Positions 52,546 through 64,000 of a stretch of 64,000 bases of DNA are shown here, in pieces. The DNA is from Eledone cirrhosa (Eukaryota): the NCBI GenBank assembly GCA_964016885.1, contig OZ024742.1, positions 267,778,001 through 267,842,000 on the forward strand. Reading direction: 5' to 3'. Position 1 is the first letter of the stretch; the number at the start of each line of letters is the position of its first letter. A program made the translations under genes and the position numbers. Under the pieces are notes generated by a model that searched no databases, was not told where the DNA came from, and saw only the letters and a list, made by a program, of their open reading frames with translations.

Positions 52546-53266
52546 CTGAATTGGTGTGGGAAAGACAGGTACACATGTTGTTGAAGTGTGTTTTACTCCG
52601 TCATTACATCGATGTGTCCAGCTCCTGGTTGTGTTGTTATTTCTCTGAGGAAATGGAATCATATGAGTTAGAACAAACGAATTTCGGCGTCATAGGACAC
52701 GCTCGCATCCCATTGGTCGGTTGTGAGAACATTCCACTGTCAAAAGTCTATAGAAAATTTCTGATGCAAGACAATCTGTTGTAGTTGTGTGTTTTAAGTA
52801 CAGCTGACCCCTCCATTGTGTTGGCACTGGTAGTGGTTTTAAGGGATCAGCTGGCAGGGCAGCTTTAGTATCTTGCTGTTATGTTCAGAAGAATTTGTGT
52901 GTGTAGGTTGGCATCTATCTTGCCAGCATTTCACGTGGTGGGCTGCCAAATAAAAAAGAAAATTGAAAATGCGTGTCTGTCACAAACAATATCAAAATTT
53001 GAAAGATTTGAAAATATTAACTGAAGTAGAAAACCTGTGTGTCAGAATCGGGAAGTGTAAAGAATTACAATTATTACACTATCATCCAGTGGTGCGTTTT
53101 AAGAGCAAATGAGATAAAAGTGGAGTGTAAAACATTAAAACGTGAGTGTCAAGATCTGGAAATGCAAAGATCTATAGTTCCTATTTCGGCATACTGTACA
53201 TATGCGTGTATGTCAACGTACATCGTTGCAAGCACACACGCACAAACACAGGCTCAGGTGCATTCC

Positions 53267-53310
<44 letters not shown>

Positions 53311-53349
53311 GCAAACACATTATATACACACACACATGCATATATACAT

Positions 53350-53409
<60 letters not shown>

Positions 53410-53418
<9 letters not shown>

Positions 53419-53886
53419 TACAAGTATCTATGTAAGTATAATTTTAAACAATAGTATCTGTGTATGTACATATGTATAAGTATGTGTTGCTGGACAGGAC
53501 CCCGTACTATCTGGCCTGGTCCAAAATCAGGAAAGTACCGCCTGATAGAGTGGGATCTGGCATCTGCAAACTATGTCTAAGTGAGACCCTCGTGATACTC
53601 AGCGGTGGAAGCAGCCTAATAAACCACAGGACTGACTTCTTCGGTACATGTATACACCTCAGAGCAGCGAACTTCCCCAAGACAATATGGACAATAACAA
53701 CACATTGGGATGGGAACTTCCCTCAACTACAGCGACAGTAGCCTCGCCACACTGAGCCTGAGGTAAACCACCCCCTACACACTCCCCACCACTAATCCTG
53801 CCTCGATCGACTCCTATAGCAACACATACTTATACATATGTCCACACATAGATACTATTGTTTAAAATTATACATATATAGATACT

Positions 53887-53895
<9 letters not shown>
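53410..53895 (+). mobile_element. Tiny PLE 3' fragment with inverted termini in (TA)n
   Basis: The GIY-YIG tail GICKLCLSETLVIL...CIH lies between inverted repeats 53410-53491 / 53818-53895. Confidence 0.75.
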
Positions 53896-53959
<64 letters not shown>

Positions 53960-54317
53960 ATAATAATAAAATTGAAGACTAAAATCCAAAGAGGGCTCGA
54001 TAAGGAAAATATATATCGAATATATAAGAACCGTAGAGCAAGTATTTATTAAAATAACAGATTAAAGTTTAAGCAAAGAATCGCTGGTTTCACCCTTAAC
54101 GGGATCTTCTGAAACTAACAAAGTCAATCTGTAAACGCAGAACTGGATATTTCAAAAAACGTTGCAACCGGAGGAAGACAGGAAGACGATACTTTGGTTC
54201 GTGGTAACGTTCGCTGGCTAAGAACGGGAAAAAACGAATAATACGTCATTAATAGGAGCGGTGAAAAACAATTACGCGCAAAGACAAAACCACGTTTATG
54301 GTATAAAAGAGGTCGTA

Positions 54318-55966
54318 TCACATCTGATCTCAACATCCTGGACCGGACCGAACCTCTGGACCCTATCTCTCCCCACTTTATCCTGAAGGATCACAAATCC
54401 AATTTTCCGAACAACCCGGCTTATTAACCCTACGAAGTCCGATTTAGGTAGACTTAGTAAAACGATTCTTGATAGAATTATACCTGAAATTAGAAGTTTG
54501 GCCCCTCTCGCACTGTGGAACAATTCTTTCGCGGTCATTGATTGGTTCAACGGCATATGTAACAAGGAACATTGCCGTTTTATCCAATTTGACATCAACA
54601 ATTACTACTCCTCCATCACTTTACCACTTCTCCTTAGAGCTATCAATTTCGCTAAAACACTCACAGTGGTTAAGGATTTTGAAGTTGATGTCATCCTTAA
54701 TGCCCGAAAGTCGGTGATTAATTTCGACGACTTTATTTGGATTAAAAAATCCAATAGTACCCCATTCGACGTGAGTATGGGCGCCAGTGACTCTGCAGAG
54801 GTCACTGATCTTATTGGCCTTTTCCTTCTTTTCTCTATCAAGGACGAATTCCCCAACGCGGGCGGTGGTTGTACCGTGACGATGGTCTTTTGACCATGTC
54901 TAAGTGCGGACCTCGTGCTTGCGACAGGTTCAGAAAAGAACTCACAGCCTTCTTTAAAGGCTTCAACCTCTCTATACAGGTTGAGGCCAATCTCTCGGTC
55001 GTTAATTACCTCGACGTTACCCTCAATTTATTGAATGGGTTGTATTACCCGTATAGAAAGCCGGATGATACGCTTAATTACATAAGTAAGCATTCCAACC
55101 ATCCTGCCAGCATAACCAAGAACCTGGTAAGAAACGTTTCATTGAGGCTTTCCCGTCTTTCCACCAACGAGCGCATTTTCAACGACCATTCCACTTATTA
55201 CAATGAAGCTCTTGCTCGAAGTGGATTTGTCGATAAGGTAGCATATACAGAGTACGAAAATAGACCTAGAAGAAATAGATCCCGTTGCATTTGTTGGTTT
55301 AACCCACCATATAATATGGAGGTGGCCACACCATTAGCTAAGATCTTACTTTCCCTTATTACGAAGCATTTTCCCCCTACACATAAATATAGTAAAATTT
55401 TTAATAGAAATACTATTAAAATTTCTTACTCTACGACTCCTAACCTTGCACATAACATCACAGCTTCAAATTTAGCTAAACTACCTTGCCGTCGGAACAC
55501 GTGCAACCCTGTAGTTAGTACTAACTGTAATTGTAGGAATCGGGCTGATTGCCCCCTATCCGGGAAATGCCTCTCTAGTAACCTTGTCTACAAATGTAAG
55601 GTTGTAACACCCACGTCCCGTAGGGCCTACATAGGGTTAACCGCCAATAGTTTCAAGCAGCGTCTTTACATGCATACCCTTTCTTTTCGTTACCCTCTAA
55701 GAAGGAATATGACGTCACTTTCAGCTTATATCTGGAGTCTAAAAAACAACCACACCCAATATAAGTTACACTGGGAGATCCTAGCTAGGGCTAGATCGTA
55801 TAACGGAAATAAAAGACCATGTGACCTCTGCGCCGCTGAGGCCCTGGAAATACTCTACGCTACAGACCACATCTTAAACAAAAAATCTGAGGCAATTTCG
55901 GCTTGTAAACATAAATTGCACAAAACTTTCCTGTATTACAGCCCCACGTTATACCCTAACGGATAG
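54318..55966 (+). pseudogene. PLE RT plus GIY-YIG ORF with two frameshifts (~54417, ~54869)
   Basis: LKDHK, LINPTKS, FIQFDINNYY, FDVSMGASDSAE, YRDDGL, WFNPPY, CNCRNRADCPLSGKC, LVY...YIG and CDLCAAE. Confidence 0.92.
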
Positions 55967-56893
55967 CACGATCTATACGTGGATATTTTACGTCTTGATG
56001 TGGGAGCTAAGTATATGTTTTGTTTATTCCTTTACTATTTGCATAGGTAAGTATATATTACCCGTATGTTTTGTGAAGGTACGTATACCTTCTCGTACGT
56101 ATATTTGACTGTTATAGCGTATAATTTTTACATATCCTGGTATTTAGGGTTTGGCTATGTGTATACGGGAGTTTTGCGTCCGCGTGAGTGTGCAGGTTCG
56201 TACGTATGGTGGGTGTGTGTATATGTGTACTTCTTGTTCTAGTTGACTTACGTCTCCGAACATTCGTGTATTTATATGTAGGTATGCGTGTGCGCTTGTT
56301 ACATACGTATTTATTTACTTATATACGTTTATATAATTATTTATTTATTTGTACACAAGCATACACACACACACATATTTATATGTGCGTGGTTTTGTAT
56401 ACCCATGGTAAGGTTTTGCGTATGCTTGTGTATGTACGTATCTGTTTGCGTGTATGTATTTATTTGTTTCTATTACTTCTGTATTGTATTTATTTACTTT
56501 GTTCTTAACACTGTAGCGGAGATTCATTTGGTCTCCTAGTTAGAATTTTAGTCTACGATTTCTGCTATATCATTTACGTGGTTTTGTCTTTGCGTGCTAT
56601 TGTTCTCCACGCTCCACATATGACTTATTATCTTCGTTTTTTTGTTCATTGACAGAGAACGTCTCTATGCACCACCTAAGAGAACATTAGTCTACGACCT
56701 CTTTTATACCATAAACGTGGTTTTGTCTTTGCGCGTAATTGTTTTTCACCGCTCCTATTAATGACGTATTATTCGTTTTTTCCCGTTCTTAGCCAGCGAA
56801 CGTTACCACGAACCAAAGTATCGTCTTCCTGTCTTCCTCCGGTTGCAACGTTTTTTGAAATATCCAGTTCTGCGTTTACAGATTGACTTTGTT

Positions 56894-56944
56894 AGTTTCA
56901 GAAGATCTCGTTAAGGGTGAAAGCAGCGATTCTTTGCTTAAACT
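56894..56944 (+). ncRNA. Variant hammerhead-like motif of the family-A pLTR (CAGAAGA core)
   Basis: AGTTT CAGAAGA T CTC GTTAA GGG T GAA AGCA GCGATTCTT TGCT T AAACT. About 9-11 copies are in the window. Confidence 0.65.
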
Positions 56945-56960
56945 TTAATCTGTTATTTTA

Positions 56961-57069
<109 letters not shown>

Positions 57070-57537
57070 TTATGGAATACTGTTGGCTTCTTACTACAAT
57101 AATTTCTATACTTTTCATTTATATATATATATGAGGGAGCTTATAGATTGGACAACACACGCTGTCTTTTCGTGGGGTAAGCCTTTAATTAATTTATGTA
57201 TTCTGAAATATCAAAATACAACAAATTTTTGCTCACTAGACTCGGGAATATCATGACAGAAGTTTGTGGATGTTACACAAATATTTTCGTATATTTTACC
57301 AGAGCAATCCTTATTTATATTTTACATTTTACATTTACTTACATCTCAATATTCAAATTTTGGCTAAAATTCAAATTTTGCAAAGAGAAGAAAACGGAAA
57401 AATGAACTAGATACATCTCACAATAACGTCTACACTCTCTACCCACCACCACATCTATATTTACACATGTCATTACCCTATCTAGACTAAAGTCACCGAC
57501 CTGTTGTCAAATTCTCTACTCTGTGTTGTATGTGTAC

Positions 57538-57608
<71 letters not shown>

Positions 57609-57861
57609 CATCACTCAGTCAAACGACCAGATTTCAACCCCAACATCTCAACAACACCGGCACTAATGTTTACTGCAACAACAGCTTCAGAATGAATTGA
57701 AATGAACATTTACAACAACAACGGCATCAAACGATAAAAAAAAAAAGAACACAAAATAACAAAACACACAGACAACTCAACAACAACAGCCACCACCACT
57801 ATAACCACTACCACCACCATCACCAGCGACCGGGCCTTAAGAAAACAAGAACTTTAATAAT

Positions 57862-58013
57862 AATAATTTTTCTGCTTTTGGCACAGAGCCAGCGATTGTT
57901 CCAGTGCATTACTGGTGCTCTCTTTTGTTGACTCCGTGAGGATGAAAGGCAAGGCTGACCTTTGCGGGGTTTGAGCTCGGAGCGTGGAGGGCCATAACTC
58001 TGTGCTGTAAAGC
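57862..58013 (-). mobile_element. Diverged SINE copy
   Basis: gcacagagccagcgattgttccagtgcattactggtgc...gatgaaaggcaagg matches the SINE body. Confidence 0.7.
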
Positions 58014-58274
58014 AATTATAATAATACTGAACGGTAACACGAACGGCTTCAACTATACGAACTCTTTTGAAAGTCAACAGTTGATATAATCTTGTAATCT
58101 TGTATCAGTAATGACGGTAATATATATATATATATATGTGTGTGTAAGTGAGTAACGTGTTTGTGTTTGTTTGTATATATGAGTGTTGGTGTGTGCGCGC
58201 GTATGTATGTGTGTGTGTGTGCGCGTGTGTGTATGTTGTACGTATAAGTGTCAATAAGTGATTTTCTTTTTATG

Positions 58275-58550
58275 CGCGGGGACATAGAAATAGTCGGGCT
58301 GGATACCCAATCGCGCAGTTAAACCACTGGGAATGAAGAACCCCTAGCCCTTGTCAGGGCATTCTTCTAGGAGAAGGCATCTCAAGGAACTGGGTTTACT
58401 CCAACATAAAACCTGTGGCTCAGTAGTTACCGATGATGTTGATCTTTTCTTCTTTTCGGGGTATAGCTACTGTCGCTCAGAGAGTGTGATTGGCTCAGTG
58501 CCAGTCTTTCCTCACATTAAAAATATTCGTCACGCACAGGCTTTGCACGA
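58275..58550 (+). mobile_element. Fragment of the RTE-derived non-autonomous family
   Basis: cccctagcccttgtcagggcattcttctaggagaagg...gatgatgttgatcttttcttc matches 15158-15345. Confidence 0.65.
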
Positions 58551-58599
58551 TTGCATTATTACAAAGGAAAAGAGGATTGTTACAGATTTAAAATTATCA

Positions 58600-61500
58600 A
58601 ATATTTGTAACACAAACAACAATAACACCAACAACAACATAAACAACAACACCATCAAAAACAACAGCAACAACAAAAATAACAGCGGTAAGGTCGAGAA
58701 CGACAATGACAATGACGATATCAACAGCTAAAACAACAATAATAGTAGGAACAGTATCAACAAAAACAGCAATAATAACAACAGCCACAATAACAGTAAC
58801 AACAGCAACATTATCAACGAAAACAACAACAACAACACCAACAACTTTACCAACGAAAACATCATCAATGACATCGATACCTGTAACAGCGACCACAGCA
58901 CCACCAGTAAGACCAGTAGCGGCAGCAATAGTGGTGCTGCTGAAAAAGGGACCACTTCTTTTGCAGGGGTCGCCCGAAATATCGAGACCGTCTTAGTCAC
59001 AGGGGAGGAAATGGCAGTCGCAAGGGCCATGGTGACAAGAATCGCCAATAGAGTCTCCCTGAAACCTCCACCCGGTTTTTTCAAGGACCAGCAGCTACAG
59101 ACGGTGACTTACGGAACCGTAAGCAAAATCTCACATCGGGTGGAGAGAGCCACAGAGGCTCAAATCCAAAAGGCCTTGGGGTGCAAAACCCACATCACCC
59201 GAGGCACAGTAGACGTACTTTTCGACACCCCCAGGAAGCGAAGTCTCACTCTTTGGAAACCCTAAAGAGTGAGAAGATAGTCTTGGTGCCCTCCTACTGC
59301 GGGCAGAAAATTGTGAGGGCAAAAGTGACCAAGGTCCCACGCAACGTGCCCATACCTTGGCTGGCCGCGTCTGTCCGTGTTGGAATGGAGGACAGGACGA
59401 CCATGCTGCAATTAGAGAAAAATAGGGAGAGAGAACTGTTCAGGTATAGGCATGCAAATGCTTATACAAACTGACCAGGAATGTATCGACGCTACCCCCG
59501 ATATCATAGACATCGAGGAAGGACTCCAACTCCCTATAAGCGTAGAAGGAAGACGTCCAAAATGTTATCTCTGTGGGTCGAAGGGTCACCTTTTGCCCGC
59601 AGAAGACAGCGTAGAAGAAGGCCCGTCTCCTTACAATACCTGGTCCGCTGCTACCAAGAGCAGGGCAGTCAACAAACGCAGTAGTCCATTCCACGGTGAG
59701 CAGGAGGGCAACGTCCCAGGCACCCGTACCAAGGCTATGGACAACTAAAGCAGCAGCATCAGTGGCGGCAACACCAATAGCTACATTTGAAGTAGCTACA
59801 CCAGCAACAAAATTGCCGAAGAGGACTCCACTACCACCACCAACAGCCGTCGAGCACATACCCCTCCCACACCCCACGGAATCCGACATGGAGTTTGAGG
59901 CGGGAGTGAAGTGGCAAACGGTCTGCCGCAAAAAACAAGAAAGAAAAAAACCCTTAGATTCACCCTCCAAAAGCGAAGGCACACAAAGAGGGGTAAAGGC
60001 AGCAAGGAAACTTGCAGCAAACCCACCACCATCACCACCACAAGCACCACCGCCAACAACAACCACACCGCCAGCAGCATCACCAAAAACATCAACAACG
60101 CAAACAAAATAAAACACACGCACCAAACAGCAACAAGAATTAAAACAGCAACAAGTAGAAAACAGCAACAAAATCACCCCTCCCTCCAAAAGGTACACAG
60201 CCATAAACATGGCAAAATAAAAGAACACATACAATATATAAAGCAGCACACAGACATCACAGAAAAAAACTACTACACCCCACCAACATCAAGAACTCTC
60301 CCAACAAACAAGCATCATTGAAATCTCAATAGAATGTACAAACTTTTAAAACAAAAATTCCCCAACGCAGTTGGAGACTTCAGATGGTCGGTTACTAAGA
60401 GGATATACAATGACATCCTCTTGGAAACACCCATGACCAGCCAAAGGGACGGTTCTACTGTCCCTTCACCACATGATCAAGGTAAGTGACCCTTTTTCAC
60501 TTACCCTGTTTTTGATCCAACATGGACGTAGTCAGAATAGACAGTATAAATGCACGTGGCCTGGGGCCATCTTGGAAGCAGGGTCACCTGCTCAACGACC
60601 TCAGGTCACTAAACATAGATGTGGGGGCCAGCAGCGAGACCAGAATCTCCGAAACACAAGCCTTCGCACCGATCTTCGGCGGCTACGATGTATACGCATC
60701 TCCCAGCCCACCAGGATCGGGGGGAGGGTTTGCCGTCCTTTTTCGGAGAGGCTTGGATCTCGCCATACGGGCTCTTCCTGGACCTAGAAGTTAAGTCGGT
60801 GGTGTAGGACGTGACCGGCAGCGAAGGCAATGCTTTCAGGCTAGTAGCCGTCTATGCCCCAACAGGGGCAGGAGGGCCAGATGTCTTCAGACGTCTAGAG
60901 ACTTTTCTTGGAACGTCCCGCATTTATTGTTAGTGGGCGACTGGAACGGTCTTGGATGCACGCTGGAACGACTTGGATGCACGTTGGAATTGTGTGGGGC
61001 TAGTGGATAGGGGAGGAGGGTGCAAGAGCCTCACCTACCTGATTCAGACGTTTTGAAGTGTCTGACAGGTATCGACTGGATCACCCGAATGTGCCAATGT
61101 GGACATGGACAAACTTCATCGGGTCATCCAGATCGTATCTCGATAGGGTATCTGCAGAAAACTAGATAAGGCTAGTATAAGTTGTCCACAATTTAAAATA
61201 GTCGACTACACAGACCACAAATTTGTGATCTGTGAGATCGACATAGACAGACTTCATAGACAAGGGCCCGGTTACTGAAAACTGAACGCGTCTTTTCCGG
61301 CGCGTAAAGCCTACAGAGACCGGATTAGTGATCAGTAAAGCGGGCGTTGACGGGAGCGGTCGTTAACAACAGGTGGTGGTTCGCCCTGAAAAGGGCAATT
61401 AAAGTAGAGTCGATTAGCTTTAGCAAAGGACTAGTAATAGAGGAAAATAGAGTATAGGGAGAGCTAGTCAGAAAGCTAGAAGAGGCGTTTAGGAGAGACA

Positions 61501-64000
61501 TCGCAACCAACGTGCTTACGGCGAGATTGGCACTCGACCAATTCTTCAATGCAAAACACGAAGGCTGCGTTGTCACAGCTACAGCGCGTGCTATAAAACA
61601 CGAGGGGACAAAAGCCGTCCAATGGGCCAGGGTGACAGAGGCGCTACGTGGCAATAAAACCACAATTCGGTCTTTGTCTGACAAAAACGAGTGCGTGTTG
61701 CTCGAACTCGAGCAGATGTGTGAAGCTTTTCAGCAGCACTTTGCTGAACTGTTCTGGATCAGTGCCGGCCCGGATCGGGCCATGGATTTCAGTGCATACC
61801 TCGACGGACTGCTAGGCTCTCGACGACAGCAGCACAGTGTTGCGAAAAGCAAATAACAGCCGGTGAAATACGGGAGCGATGGCTAACTGCACGAGGGGTA
61901 AATCGCCAGGTTTGGATGGTCTGCCCCTACGAGCTTTATGTATTTATGCCAGACTTGTTCGGTAACCTTTTGGCAGATGTCTACTGCAACTGGCAGCAGA
62001 ACGGGAGTATTCCCAGTTTTGTGAGAGGGGAGCGGTGGCGCTGCTAAGAAAAGACCCAAACAAGGGGGATGTTATCGATAACTTCAGGCCCATAACCCTG
62101 CTAAACGCAGAGTTCAAGATTTTGGCAAAGGTGTTAGCAACGAGGTTGGCGCTTGTCGTCAAGGGTCTGGTGGGAGAGGCGCAGACATGCGCCATTCCGG
62201 ACAGATCCATACACGACAACCTCCACCTCATGCGATACATCATAGAGAGGGTGGTTAAGGAACCTGGCACGGGTGGGGCCCTGATCAAATTGGATCAATC
62301 CAAAGCATTCGATAGGGTCGACCATTGGTAGCTGGCGGCGGCCCTCGAGGCCCCCGGTTTCGAACCCGTTTTCAGGGGATGGATCGCTGCGATGTACAGC
62401 GACATCTGCTCAATTGTGACGGTGAACGGTCACCTGTCGCAGCCGTTCAGCATCATGCACTCGGTCCGCCAGGGTTGTCCCCTTTCGCGCCTCTTGTACG
62501 TATTGGCTCTCGAGCCGTTACTGTACAAACAGGGATCGATGAGGGGAGTCCCACGCGAAATAGGATGCGGGAAATCTGAATCGGCATACGCCGACGACGT
62601 CACCGTGGCGTTGTCGAGCACCGCCACGTCCAGATGCTCGGCACCGCTCTCAAGGAATACGAAGCGGTGACAGGAGCAAAGATAAGCCAGGAAAAGTCGG
62701 TGGGCTAGCAGCTCGGCACCTGGAGAGACAAGTCCATGCCGTCCGACAGCGTCGTGGAGCGTTGGACGGACGGACCGGTTAAATTGCTCGGGATCTGGTT
62801 CGGACCGGACCTCCAGATGGAGAAAAACTGGAGCGAGGTGACGAGCAAGGTGGCCTCCCTTACCCAGAAATGGGCCGAGAGTAAGCTGTCCCTGAAAGGC
62901 CGGGCGGAGGTGGCGAATGCGTACATCGCATCCGTCATCTGCTACCGCCTAACCGTCGTCCTTTGCCCCGGCCCAACTCTCACCAAAATGGAGCACCTCC
63001 TCTTCCGCTTTTTGTGGAAGGGGTGCGCTCCCATGGTCAGACGATCCATCTGCTGTCAACACCCGTTGCGTGGAGGACTAGGCATGCCATGGCTGATGAT
63101 GCGCAAATATGCGTTGAGGATGCGACATCTCTGGTGCTTCCTTGACGGTGACCAGGTGTGGTCGCCGTTCGCCAGGCACGTTTTCCCACAGCTTGTCTCC
63201 TCAATGGAGATGCAGTCCTGGGTCAGGAAAAAACCGAGGGATAGCGCTTGGAAACTGGAATGTCTCCAGGCGCTCACTGCCCTCTGCTAGCGGGGCACCA
63301 GTATCGGTGGAACATCCAACTCGGCGTTCTATAGAGGACAAGTGGAGGGGAAGAGCGACGACGTTCTCGGAGATATCCTGGGCGTCGAAGAAGATCAGCT
63401 GTTTGCTCTCCTTCGGAGAACTTTCAGCCTGGGGCCTATGGAGAACTTCCAAAAATCCCTGGCCTGGCAGTGCTACCGGTGAGCGTTGCCGGTTCTAGAT
63501 AAGCTCTACAGGCACGGAAGTGCCGTCACCCGAGCCTGTCCGTGATGCGGGCAGAGCGACGAAACCGTCGTGCACGCACTCGTTCAGTGTCCGAACATTG
63601 CTGGTATGTGGAGCTATGTCGAACCGTTGCTGTCGCGTGTGAGACTGAACCGGTTATCGACTGAGTCCATTGTGCAGATTGTCTCGTCGTCTTCCTTCGA
63701 GGAGGAAGGGCAGGCGGTTTTCATCTGCCTGGTGGCCATGGCGAAATAGATTGTTTGATGGACAATGTTAAAAGGGTTAAAGACAGACACTTTCCTCTTC
63801 GGCGAATCCCGAATTAACTTTTTCAAGTTTCACTTGAAGAGGAAAATCAAGGTGGCCAGGCAAGTGCTGCCTTCTAGCAAGTTTGTTGAAAGGTGGGTGA
63901 ATGTAGCGAGAATGGTCCGAGTGAACGGGACCGCTCTGAATATACGCCTGTAGTTTGAAATAGAAAAATTGAGAGAGGGCTCGTGCCCTGGTGGTCAGGG
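58600..64000 (+). mobile_element. Near full-length decayed Tx1/L1-clade LINE
   Basis: ORF1 remnant with CYLCGSKGH knuckle (~59560). ORF2 APE (INARGL, LVAVYAP, GDWN, DH), RT (FRPITLLN, LDQSKAFDRVDH, SVRQGCPLS, AYADDV) and 3' CP*CGQSDETVVHALVQC. Many frameshifts. Confidence 0.92.

Overview
AT-rich eukaryotic, repeat-saturated DNA with long (TA)n, (CA)n, (ATGT)n and (GA)n microsatellites. The SINE families and composition suggest a cephalopod (octopus-like) genome, which is an inference. No host gene can be supported. The window is a mosaic of decayed mobile elements: Penelope-like elements (PLE; RT plus GIY-YIG), Tx1/L1-like, RTE and R4/Dong-like LINEs, Helitrons and tRNA-derived SINEs. The main hidden signal is a dense population of type I minimal hammerhead ribozymes (HHR). 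By eye there are more than 20 motif copies in about 12 sequence families, most with a self-complementary (palindromic) stem III and most close to (TA)n. They occur in four settings: (i) the 3' pseudo-LTRs of PLEs, (ii) non-coding tandem or inverted 420-560 bp retrozyme-like monomers, (iii) fold-back palindromes, and (iv) cargo captured by non-autonomous Helitrons. Several carry non-canonical cores (U4A, U3-A8, pyrimidine mismatch at 10.1-11.1). All coordinates and folds were read manually and are approximate.
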